Below the pieces are notes generated by a model, which ran no database searches, was not told the origin of the DNA, and saw only the letters and a program-made list of their open reading frames with translations. DNA of 63,432 bases, the filler included, from Reticulomyxa filosa (Eukaryota; Protista; Foraminifera), in NCBI GenBank assembly GCA_000512085.1. It is 20 parts of 20 records of this genome, joined end to end, with 100 filler letters (N's around TTAATTAATTAA, not from the genome) between each part and the next. Parts side by side here need not be neighbours in the genome. Positions count along the whole stretch, not along the records: positions 11,795 to 13,509 come from ASPP01001765.1; positions 13,610 to 15,147 come from ASPP01003287.1; positions 15,248 to 19,292 come from ASPP01007187.1; positions 19,393 to 21,107 come from ASPP01019288.1; positions 21,208 to 23,509 come from ASPP01004393.1; 15 more parts are not named here. The stretch is one strand, 5' to 3'. Shown here piece after piece: positions 12,130 through 23,609 of this stretch. Each line of letters begins with the position of its first letter. Within the stretch, counting starts at the first letter, position 1. Both the position numbers and the translations under genes were made by a program.

Positions 12130-13000
12130 TCAAACACTATTTACCACAACTATCATTATTTCTTTTTTTTTTTGATAGTAGAAATTTAAGACAATTTATC
12201 CCAGCATCTTCCTTCATGTTTCCTTTAATCATATGCAATTCATTTTTATTTGATCGAATATCCCACAAATGAACACTTTATCACTTGATACAGATAATAT
12301 TGTATTTATTAATTCATATAATCCATATTTTACACTATTAATCCAATTCTAATGTCCTTTGAATACATTCAATTTCTTGAATGTTTCAATATCCTATATT
12401 CGAATGATTTTATCAAATGATCCAGCATAAATTGTATATCCATTACCACCAATCGCACCAATACTATCACCATTATCACCGTTGCTGTTATTGCCTTACA
12501 ATGGTGAAATATCAACACACCAAACAGTACCTTCATGTCCATTGAAAACAAGTAATGATTTAGATGTTTTAACATCCCATGAACGAATTCTTTTGTCATA
12601 TGATCCAGAACACAAACATTTACCACCATTAAATGATGAAAACTCAATGCCCCGAACAGCATTAGTGTATCATTGAATAATTGAAATTGTTGATTATGTG
12701 CAATATCCAAAAACTTATAATTTTGTCAGCAGATGAAACGCAAATAAAATTACAACGATGTTTTTGACAAAGATATGATTAAATTTTACACAATTTACAT
12801 ATGTTGCATGTTTATTGAATGATTGGATAAGTTTGTTAGTATCTAAATCACATACTATCTGAACTAGAACAGATATATTGATGACAATTAAATATTGAAT
12901 CAATACTATTCACGATGTTTGTGTAATCAGTGAATGTATTGAGTAATTTAGGTGACAAACAAAATGTTTCAAGCATGAAGACAGTACAATTAACAAGGTT
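12130..13000 (-). pseudogene. WD40-repeat pseudogene of the same family
   Basis: Fragments PKLLNTFT, GGKCLCSGSYDKRIRSWDVKTSKSL, NGHEGTVWCVDISPL, LHMIKG...GINCLKF interrupted by stops and frameshifts. Confidence 0.85.
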
Positions 13001-13615
13001 TATAAAAGATTGAAATGAAGCTTACCAATGCCTTTTGCGGTAAAAATTCGAAGGCAGTAATTCTTTCAACACCTTTTAATTTTTTGCACTTAAGATTTTA
13101 TTAAACGTAAGATAAAGCTATTTAAAGTTATTTTCCCAATAAAAAAGTTGCCAAAAACACTTTAGCATGAGGAACAAAAAAATGCTCACTATTTTGTCAA
13201 ATGGATCCTGCTAACTCTTTCAAATAAACGCTCATTACCCTGTTCAATTGATGCCATTTTAACGTTAGTCACTTTAAACTCTCTAGTCAAAAAAAAATAA
13301 AATTGCACGATACAGCAAATGCACTTTATCACAATATAACTTTATAAATCAAACAATATAACATATAATCATACTTTGACAAATATTGTAAAGTATTCAT
13401 GAAATTAATAAATTTCGTTAAAAAAGACATAACACTTTCAATAATAATAACAAAAAACTATTTTCAAAATAACATATAAAAAATTAAGTTTGAACTAACT
13501 CCCTTGGGANNNNNNNNNNNNNNNNNNNNNNNNNNNNNNNNNNNNNNNNNNNNTTAATTAATTAANNNNNNNNNNNNNNNNNNNNNNNNNNNNNNNNNNN
13601 NNNNNNNNNTTTTTT

Positions 13616-13654
<39 letters not shown>

Positions 13655-13658
13655 ACAG

Positions 13659-14147
13659 ACGTTTGTTCCATTTCTTGTGGGCACAAAGTATGATTTATTT
13701 GTGAGAGAAAATGAAAAACACAAAAAAGAGATTACAAAAAAAGCAAGAAGCTTTGCCAAAAAAATTGACTCACCTTTGATCTATTGTTCCGCATCCACGT
13801 CCAGAAATGTTCAAAATGTTTTTCACATTATTCTTCTCAAAATCTTCAGTGTGAATCATTTCATCCAAGAACGCCACAATGAGCTTAATGAACCTATTGT
13901 GGAATATGGACGCGTTTTGTATTTATACGTATTACATATTTACATATACATATTTGCATATATATGTATGTAAATTGAATATGCGAATGAATGGACGTTT
14001 GTCAACGTATATCTGTTTGATGCTGTGATATTACAGTTGAAGAAAGGCCACACAACACTAATCATCAGGAATTGGGTGCGATGTGAATTTCAAGAATTTG
14101 GATGGATAAAAGATGTTGAGGGTATCATTAGGAAGTACGTCCGATAA
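13659..14147 (+). CDS. Spg1/Tem1-like small GTPase, C-terminal exons 13659-13913 and 14037-14147
   Basis: LVGTKYD (G4), ARSFAKKIDSPLIYCSAS (G5), NVQNVF, EPIVEY are typical of Spg1/Tem1; phase-0 GT-AG intron at 13914-14036. Confidence 0.8.
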
Positions 14148-14497
14148 AACCTTCATTTTATTTCCTTCCTAGCATATTCTTTTTTTTTCCCTATTATTTT
14201 TTCTTTTTTCCATTTATATATGCAAAAAAAAAGAACGTGAATGTTCATATCATAAACTCTTTCAAAACTTTGGGATTTACCATAAACATTCTTTTTACTT
14301 GTTTTTCACTACGATTATGCGTTAAAAACAGCTTTGTAAATGTACTGACTTCAAACTTTCAAAAATTGCAAATGGGACATGTAACCTTTATAACAACAAT
14401 CAAAGCAAATAAAAGAATAAAAAGGGTACTGCGAATGCATTTCGAGGAATGATATAAAAATATATTAAAATCAACAGTGTTTTTAGTAGGAAAAGAG

Positions 14498-15078
14498 ATG
14501 CAGCCAATAAAGCGCCATAAATCGATGAAGCGTGTTCATCGGCGCATTCCAAGTGTGCTGAATGACGAGACGATCGACACAAAGAACAGCACGACGGACA
14601 ACGGAGCGTTTGAGGGTTCAATAATTCGCGCAATGTTTTCGCGTGACGTAAACTATTGGAGTGCGTTTGTGAACGAGATGAGTAATCCACCATCAAGCAA
14701 ATACCCAAGCCCACCGAACGCGCCATCTACACTGATTTACAACAACGCGTCGCAGCACGTTTTATCGCCGATATCGAATCACACGATCACATTTACAAAT
14801 GCAATGAACAACAACAACAACAATAACAACAATACGATGACGGACTACCAAACGTCATCGACAAGCAACGACGCAAGAAGACTTAAAAAAGTCGCCTCTA
14901 CTTCATGGATGACACATCCAGACAGTCTCAATCATCCCCCGCCCAAACCTGAGACCATTCCTACCATCGACACTAACTTCGCCATGTACGAATTCGCTTT
15001 GTTGCAAAGCACGGAATGGCCACCACAAGACCCTGCTCTCAATCACTACTTAGTCGTTGTTAATGACACTCAGACACA
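14498..15078 (+). CDS. Hypothetical protein, first exon (N/S/T-rich, 3' truncated)
   Basis: Long ORF with raised GC that ends at a CAG|GT donor before a (TA)n intron-like tract. Confidence 0.55.
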
Positions 15079-16474
15079 GGTTATATATATATATATATGC
15101 ACATATGCATATGCATACATACGTATACATATATAAATGTATATATANNNNNNNNNNNNNNNNNNNNNNNNNNNNNNNNNNNNNNNNNNNNTTAATTAAT
15201 TAANNNNNNNNNNNNNNNNNNNNNNNNNNNNNNNNNNNNNNNNNNNNAAAAAAAAAAAAAAAAGAAGAAAACAAGTAATGCTCCTTCGCTGATTTGACAT
15301 ACCCATAACGTTTTCATCCACAATAACTCTATCCTCATCCTTTATTGATATCACGTTTATGTCCGATCGTCCATTTTTTGTGCTATGCCTCCAAAAGCAC
15401 ACAACGTTTTTATGTTTTGGTTTTATGGACACTCGCACATTCCTTACTTAAGACCCTTTTTTTATTTTTTTGAGCAGAAGAAAAAAAGATGAAAAACTAA
15501 CACTTTTTTTTTTTTTACTTCAAAGCTAGAAAGCACTCACAAAACATCGTTGTTGCATGCACAACAGAGTTTGGCAAGACTTTAACACCAATCCTCCCTT
15601 TTTTTTTATTAACGAAGGGACAGTTTCAAAAAAAAAGTATTCTTTTAACAACCACAAAAAAAATCGGGATACTCTTGCCCTCTTATTTTCTTTTTTTTTC
15701 CTTCCTTTCTTCCCCTTTGGCATTCTTTTTTTCCTCTTTTCTCTCTTTTTTTTCTTATTTTATTAATAAAGAAATCGTTTTTGTACCGATTTGAGTTTGA
15801 TCCGAGTTAATGGCTTGAAGGTCAAATTTGGGGAGTTTAAGCAAAAGGGTTGAGCTTTCATCATTTGCTTTGCTCCAATGACTCCCCATGTGAGATGTTG
15901 ATAGGCAAAACGAAATTGTACTGTCACTACTTGGCTTGGGAAATGTTTCCGCCAGCAATCCATTCTGGTGAATTTTTGCATCAGCTAGACACAGAGTGCG
16001 GAAGTTCATGTCAAAACTGAACAGCGGATGTTGTTCCACACTTGCTGTATTTTGAATGTTATGCATCTCTTCCTCTGGATGGTATATTATGCCTCGTCAG
16101 GGCTGGTGTTTTGCGTCAGCCAACATAAAAGCAAAGCAAACTTTTATTTTTTTTTAAAGCCCAAAAGACTGTTCCGTCGGCAGTAACAGTTTTTGTTTGT
16201 AGCAACCAGATTCAAGCTACTGTTATTTTTTATTCTTGTTTCAAAACATGAGTGAGAATAGATAGACATAGATGATCAGTGACTCAGAAATATGATTTTA
16301 AACAATCAAAAGTTGTAAATAAAATGAATGTAATCCTCTGTGACATTATGTCAAGATTTTGAAGCTAAAAACTGTGAAAATTTGTAAATGATGAAGATTT
16401 ATGCTTACAAAGAATAAAAATTAATTTCTTGCCGTTGTCCCTTGCAAAGCCAAGACAAAAGTAAAAAAAAAATA

Positions 16475-18075
16475 ATGTCCTTGAAAGAAAACGAAATGGA
16501 ATTGCCTGAGGAAGAAATCCAAAATAATAGCAATAATAATAATAATAATAATGACGATAATGAAGACATGAGCGATAACACGTTGCCAACGAGCAATCCA
16601 AAGTGCACAAACTTTGGAAAACTGGATATGACATTGGACGAGAGAGAAAACAAAAAAAGGACGAAAGAAAAAGAAGAAGAAGATGTAGAGAAGCAAGAGC
16701 CATTTGATGAAACAAGTAACAAGCAAAATGATTGTACTCGTTGGCGATCCAATTCATTTGAAAATGACAAAGCAGCGAAAAACTCAAACAGTGCAAGCAC
16801 ATCAATGCCTACACTAAAGAGCACAACGACAAGGAAAGCATCGAATGTGACCGCCAGCGTTAGTCCACTTCCCGCACGAGCGAAGGAGGAAGACGCGAAT
16901 TTGCGAGACGGTTACAAAGTACCGCAAAAAAAGGAGAAATTGAAATATCATCACAAACAGCACGCAAAAAAGGATGAATTGAAAAGCAAAGAGCAATTGC
17001 AATGTGAAAAATCGTTGCCAACAGTCAGGTCCTCCATGTCCGCCATAGTCAAAGATACGAATACAACAATGGACACCCCAGTGTATAGTGAAGGAATACG
17101 TGCCACGCATCCGAAGCAGCTTCGCATGTCAGTTCCGACAACCTATAGGAATGCATTGAGGGATGACAATGACCAAACCCGTGCACTCCATTCCGTCAAA
17201 GAAGCAAAGAAAGCAAAGCCAATGGCCCCTCACAAGTATGACAAATACGCTCTACTGCCCTCCTTACAACACATTGAGTCACAGATACCCTTACCTCTTT
17301 CACATGATCCGCCAGTCGATTCCACTACTAAGTGCGACTCTCCACTGCATCTACTCATCAACTCGGATCGGATATTGCTATGACCCTCTCCATGCCTACT
17401 CTGCCCACTCGTCGTCAGAGACTCCATTCTAATAGTTTTTTCTCCCTCCCCCCTCCTTTTTTTTTTTCTCCTCTCGAGATGAATAACTTATATTACGTAT
17501 ATATGTATATACATATGTACATATATGTTATATGACGTATATGTATGTATGTGTGTGCTTTGAGACAAGTGCTTCCGAATGAAAGCACAGTTTTAAGCAA
17601 TGGACTCCGCTCTTGGAATGGAGACGTGAATGCTTCCAGTTTCATTTCGCAGATTGCCGCGGGTCTATACTTGTCCTTTGAAGATGAAAGCAGCAGTAGT
17701 AGTAGCAATAGTAGTAGCAATAGTAGTAGCAATGGTAGTAGCAATAGTAGTAGCAGTAGCAGCAGCAGTGGAAGTTGCGGCAGTAGCAGCAGCAGCAGCA
17801 GCAGAGATACACATAGCAAGACCAAAACAAGCACAAAAAAAAAAAGGAGAAAAAGTAGCAGTAGCAACAGCAATAGCAACAATAGCAACAGTAACGATAG
17901 CAGCAATAGAGACAGCGATAGCAATAGTGGCCATGAAAACAAAGAAAAACAAAGACGAAAGCGCGAAAAGACCATAACAAATCACGCAAAAAAAGCACAA
18001 ACATCGATATGACAAAGTCAAATCACGGCACATTGCAAAAAAAGAAAAAAAGGAGAATTACACGCAACAAAGACA

Positions 18076-18112
<37 letters not shown>

Positions 18113-19265
18113 CAATGACAAGAGCGAGATAAATGAGAATGAGACAATGGACAAACACAACAAAACGCATATGTCTAACGAAGTAAGACAGCGAAGACAC
18201 AGGAAAAGACATAACAACGACAGCAAGGAAAGTGCAAGGAAGAAAAAGAGAAGAGAGGAGAAAAATCAAAGGCGATGGCAATTGATGCAGCAGTACGTTG
18301 CTGCTGCAAAAGCGGCAGCGGTGCAATACTACACCCCTCCACCAACAACACCGCCAACAGCCATAGAGAAACAAACTGAGAATGACAAAGGTGATCCATT
18401 GTTGGGGTCATCCCACCTTTACATTCAACAAGAAGAACAGCAACAACAAGAACAAATGAAAGAGGAGGAGAAAACAACAATAGCAACGACAAATTCAATA
18501 ACAAAAACAATGCTATCAACGAACAAGCACAATGGCCTGCAAGTGCAACGGTCCATTGATTCGTTATCGTCAGTACTGACCAATATTGACATGGACAATG
18601 AACTTGACACTGAAATGGAGAGGAAACACCAGACACAGCTGCCACAATATCGGTATGACGTGGCGTTTTTGATTAGTCAGCCATTATTTTTGAAAAACCC
18701 CTTTTCGCACAACGAGAACGGACGTGACCCTGATGCCACCAGTCTCACTCCGGAGCAAGTCAATGACATACTGATTGTGCCCTTGGATGTGAAAGCGGAA
18801 TGTGAGGAGATTAAAAAAGCACTGAGAAGCGCAACTTTCGACATACGGTTTCGACAAGACTTTGCGACAAATGTGACCATTGGCGAACTGTTGTCTGTAT
18901 CCACACGAGTAATTCATTACAGTGGACATGGCCTGCCCAATGAATTGCTGTTTGAAAGCGAAGATCAAATCGGAATTGCAAACCAAGTCAGCTGCACGCA
19001 GCTACGAGACTTGGTCGCCATTAGTGACAGCAGTGCGTCCAACAACAAATTGCAGCTCGTCTTTGTCAGCGCCTGCCATAGTTTGGCGAGCGGACAAGCC
19101 TTTGTCCAAGCCGGTGTCAAACACGTGGTTTGCGTTAACCAATACGATCGAATGTTAGACAAGTCTGCCAAAGTGTTTACCTATCAGTTTTATTTCAATC
19201 TTGTTGCTGGCAAAACTGTCCAAGAAGTTTTGAATTGTTTGTTGCATTTTGTCTTTTACATTTAA
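16475..19265 (+). CDS. CHAT-domain (caspase-like clan CD) protease with a long disordered N-terminus (3' truncated)
   Basis: PLDVKAECEEI, VIHYSGHG (His codon 18927-18929), LVFVSACHS (Cys codon 19074-19076), AGVKHVV, FTYQFYFNL. Upstream low-complexity ORFs are joined by an intron and apparent frameshifts. Confidence 0.8.
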
Positions 19266-19392
19266 TTTTTTTTATTTTTTTAAATTAAAAAANNNNNNNN
19301 NNNNNNNNNNNNNNNNNNNNNNNNNNNNNNNNNNNNTTAATTAATTAANNNNNNNNNNNNNNNNNNNNNNNNNNNNNNNNNNNNNNNNNNNN

Positions 19393-21000
19393 CTATTCCA
19401 AAAAGGTAGTTATACAATAATAGATTTGGTGCATGAATTACAAAAATATCTGACAACAGTAAAACAACCTAAAATAAAGGATAAGATATGATTATTAGAA
19501 AAAATTCAGCATAATTACAATTGAGATTATAATCGAGTATTTGATGTTGGAAGATTTACTATTTTATGTGATAATGCAGCCAAATTGTAAACAGCAGTGG
19601 CGGTAATGAAGAAAGGAGAGAAATTAATTTGATTGTATCTGAGGATAAAGAACAATCGAAGACACATCATAGATTTCACATATTAAATTGTTGACAACAT
19701 TAGAAGGATATACAGTAATTGAGAATCCAAAATTAAATCATTTGTTTTATGAACTATCAGGGCACGGAAGCCAAAGAATTCAGCAGAAGAAGACTTAAAG
19801 CAAGCCAGTGACGAAACATTAACAAAAATTAATGATATTATTTGTGAATGGATAGATGACAGATGAATATAATAATTAGCAAATCGTTATAAATCACGTT
19901 TAGATATTGAAACCACCACAGCTGTTCAAAAATGAGTTGGAAATTAATAATAATATGCTATTGAAAATGGCACAATTTGTGTATAAACAATTGTGTAAAT
20001 TCACTCCAGAAAAAATTAAAGGAAAAGCTATTTATGTAATTTTATATGAATATTATAAAAGATATATAATTGGAGATAAAAATCCAGCAAGTTATGCTGA
20101 TTTTGAATTAATATTACAAAAATCAAGAAAACAAGAAATGGAAAAAGATATTGCAATAGCACGAGCACTTGAAACATATATTCCATTATAAATAAGCAAT
20201 TATTCACATGTGGATGGTGAAAAATGACACATTTGATTGCCATCAACATGTTATTGAATTTTAAGAAACACTAGAAGAAAAAAAAATTGAACAATAACAG
20301 AAACAAAAAAGAAAAGTAATGATAATACTAGAGAAATCAGGATCAGGAAAAAGTATATTTTGTCGACATTTGGAAGAAATATTATAGATTAATTGTATAA
20401 ATGATTCAAAACAAAGTATTCCTATTTAATTTCTAATTCCTTATGCAATTTTAGATCGTGTATTTCTTGAAAGAACTAATTTTAGTAATGCTAATTTGAA
20501 TCATGTGCGTTTTTATCAAGCCTGTTTAACAGAGGTCAATTTCACAAATGCATCAATGAATGGTATCTACTTTGGAGAATATGCACATTTGAAAGGGCAC
20601 TCAGACGAAGTAAAGGGAATTCAATTTTCACCAGATGGAACAAAAATAGTATCTTATTCAGAAAAAACAATTCGAATTTGGACATATCATCAGAAGGACA
20701 AATTCAATTATTAAATGATGTATTTGATGCAAAATTTTTGTCAGATGGATATAAAATTATATTTAATTCATTGATGATACAGTCAAATTGTGGAATACGT
20801 TATCTAATGGACAAATTCAGAAATTTATAGGACGTGTAGATAAGGTACGTAAAATATAAATTTCACCGACTATTCTAAGTTTACATTGTACATGTGATGA
20901 TACAGTGCGAATACGGGATACATAATCTGGAAAGCAATTTTTTTCATATGAAGTAAGCGAATATGGGAGAACACCAATCCCTTTATAATGAAATGAAGAA
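19393..21000 (+). pseudogene. Decayed NLR-like gene: RelA/SpoT-type nucleotidyltransferase, P-loop (NACHT-like), pentapeptide repeats, WD40
   Basis: In order: PKIKDKI*LLEKIQHNYN*DYNRVFDVGRFTILCD, THHRFH, NHLFYE; VMIILEKSGSGKSIF at about 20315-20360; [28 protein letters not shown]; [22 protein letters not shown]. Many stops and deletions. Confidence 0.7.
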
Positions 21001-21207
21001 ACTTCATAGTTTCTATTCACAAGTTTGATGAGGAGCAATACATTTAAGATTGCATAAATTCAGAAAGGTTAGATGATTCAAGCGTTGCAGAAAGTTTTGT
21101 TACCAGCNNNNNNNNNNNNNNNNNNNNNNNNNNNNNNNNNNNNNNNNNNNNTTAATTAATTAANNNNNNNNNNNNNNNNNNNNNNNNNNNNNNNNNNNNN
21201 NNNNNNN

Positions 21208-21251
<44 letters not shown>

Positions 21252-22369
21252 CCATTGGGACGAGCACAAGAAAAAACAAAACTTTCATTCATTTGTTGAA
21301 AGCTAGATTGATCGTATAAACTATGTCCAGACATTTTACATTTTAATTGAGACAACAGTTTTTGGAAATGACAATGAGAATAGGTTAATGCTGCAGATAC
21401 GCCTTCCGTTGCCAAAACATGCAAAAACTTATCTCGATGCAACATACATTCTATTTGCAACACTTGATCCATCAATTGCTTTTGGTTCATTGCTTTTCGA
21501 TTTCGTTTCATTTTTTTATTCAACCGTTTTATCCACCTCTCCTCAGTTGTTTTGTTTTAATTTTTTCTATCATTTCAAAAAAAAAAAAAAAAAACAAAAC
21601 AAAACAAACCATTTTTTTTTTGTTTTACTTAAGCGCAGGTAGAATGTTAAATCGATCCAACGAGTCCAATATTTTCCACATTTCTTTGAACTTTTTGACC
21701 TCGTCCAAAGGCTCCGAAATCCCCATTTCCAATGCAAATGTCCTTGCCACTTCAAACCGCCCTTGTCGATACATTTCATTCAATACCAACTTGTTCAATT
21801 CTTTCTTGTCAAAATTGTTCCACCAATGCTCTGTCTCCATTTTACCACCTGTCAACTTTTTCATTTGTTTTATTTACTTTGTTTAGTAAAGCTATGTCGA
21901 AGCTCAATTGTGCACAATTGACTTTGTTTAGCTTTTAACTTTGATGAGATTATCCTCGAATGTGTCTGTCAATTGCAAGTATTTCTTAAATCCTTCGGAC
22001 ATTCTATTTGCATATTTTTATTTTTCATTTTTTATTTGTTATTTGCTGTTTATCAATCCTTTGCTTTTCGTTTGCTTTGTTTCATGCAAAAAAAAAACAA
22101 AGTGCACAACGAAACATCCGATTATTAGCATCTAAATGTAATTCTTTGAAGTCGTCTGATGTCTCTTGAGTTTTTTGAGGCAGCTTTTCTTTCAGAAGCT
22201 TGAGTTTATTTATCATACTGTCCAGTTGGTTGTAGGATTCTTGAAACACTTTTGATTCCTTTCGTAACTTTAGATATGCTTCTTCCACAAATAAAAGAGT
22301 GTCCGAAGAATGTGGAGAGAGCGATTGCTCTAAATTATCATTATTGTTTGGATTCATTATTTCCTCCAT
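21208..22369 (-). CDS. CTLH/GID E3 ligase subunit RMND5/GID2-like (LisH-CTLH-CRA), 3' truncated
   Basis: LNKLVLNEMYRQGRFEVARTFALE (LisH), FKEMWKILDSL..NILPALKW and IECMLHRDKFLHVL..AALTYS (CTLH/CRA); about four exons. Confidence 0.75.
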
Positions 22370-22650
22370 GACAAGACCTGCAAATCCAGATCACGTTTTT
22401 TTTTTTAAAGAGCCTCAGAGTTCACACGCTGTTTCGTGGATCATCTTTTACAGTTACGCAGATTTAAGATTAGGGTACGTGAAAACAAAATGATGGAAAT
22501 GAAAAATTGGCTTGTTTTTAGCATGAAGAGAGCATCAATCATTTCCATTAGGTAATTTTATTTTCTTCAATCTTTAAATTATTATCACAGCAAACCATCA
22601 AGTGAAAAGGAGTAGAAAAAAACATTTAAAAGTCTTTGTGATCTGTGTAA

Positions 22651-23509
22651 CTAACTGCCTCTTTTTTGTATATAGTCCATTTGTTGAAAGACATTGAAGC
22701 TGACTGTCTCTTTTTGTTTACCATAGACTGGCGCGACCAAATTGTTCAGATGAATAAAATCTCCAACAGTAAGTTCGCCAATACAAGTTTGTGTATCGAG
22801 ACTAAAGCCGGTAGCGCTCAAAAGAGTAATTTCTTCACATAATGTCAAAGAATCAACGACACGTTGTGCAATCGGATTGGAGGAGCTGGGATGATTCCAG
22901 TCCTCTTTGTCTGTCTCAGAGACAGGCGTTTCCTCGACGTGATTCGGAGGTAAGGTCGCTTCGGACTCTTGGCCAGCAATTATATCGGACTCTTCTAGCG
23001 TCGGTGTTGTGGTGTGTTGTGTGTATTGACCGTGGCTTTTCTCAAAATTCTCCATAAGATTCTCGATTTGTTGAATTTCCTCTGCGTTGGGAGACGCAAA
23101 CAAGTTATCTCCTTGGCTGTTCTCTTTTGTTGAAGCTTTGCTTCAAAGTGTTTCAATTGTTTTGTTTAGTGTTTTATTTTTATTTCATTAAATTGTTACT
23201 TTATGTTTCACTTATCTTCCTTTTTTTTTTTTTTTGTTTGTAATATTTGTGAGAAGATGATGTCAAACTGTCCCAATGTTGGTCATGACGGCGATAGTAG
23301 ATATCCTCCTCCTCTATTGCATTGCTTGAGTTCGGTCCGAATTGGTATTGTGACGATTGATTTGCAAAGCGGGATCGACTTCTGTCATCTTGTGCTGGTT
23401 CCCCAGTCCAATCGGATTGCGTGTCTGCAAGGTCGATCACATCCGAGATTCTGTGTTCCAACGAGCGCTTTCGTTCTGCGATTGCCGCCGCTTCTCTCTC
23501 TCTTTCTTT
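22651..23509 (-). CDS. Hypothetical acidic protein, C-terminal exons
   Basis: ORFs 23201-23461 and 22651-23103 are co-oriented with an AT-rich intron between them; no family recognised. Confidence 0.5.
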
Positions 23510-23609
23510 NNNNNNNNNNNNNNNNNNNNNNNNNNNNNNNNNNNNNNNNNNNNTTAATTAATTAANNNNNNNNNNNNNNNNNNNNNNNNNNNNNNNNNNN
23601 NNNNNNNNN

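Noticed and set aside
17985-18012. Programmed frameshift in the CHAT gene (similar case near 44812-44820)
   Set aside because: The shifts fall in A/T homopolymer runs, so sequencing indels are the simpler explanation
17493-18033. Poly-Leu, poly-Cys/Tyr and poly-Ala/Val ORFs as membrane or metal-binding proteins
   Set aside because: They are alternative-frame and antisense readings of AGT/AGC/AAT repeats that encode the Ser/Asn tract of the CHAT gene
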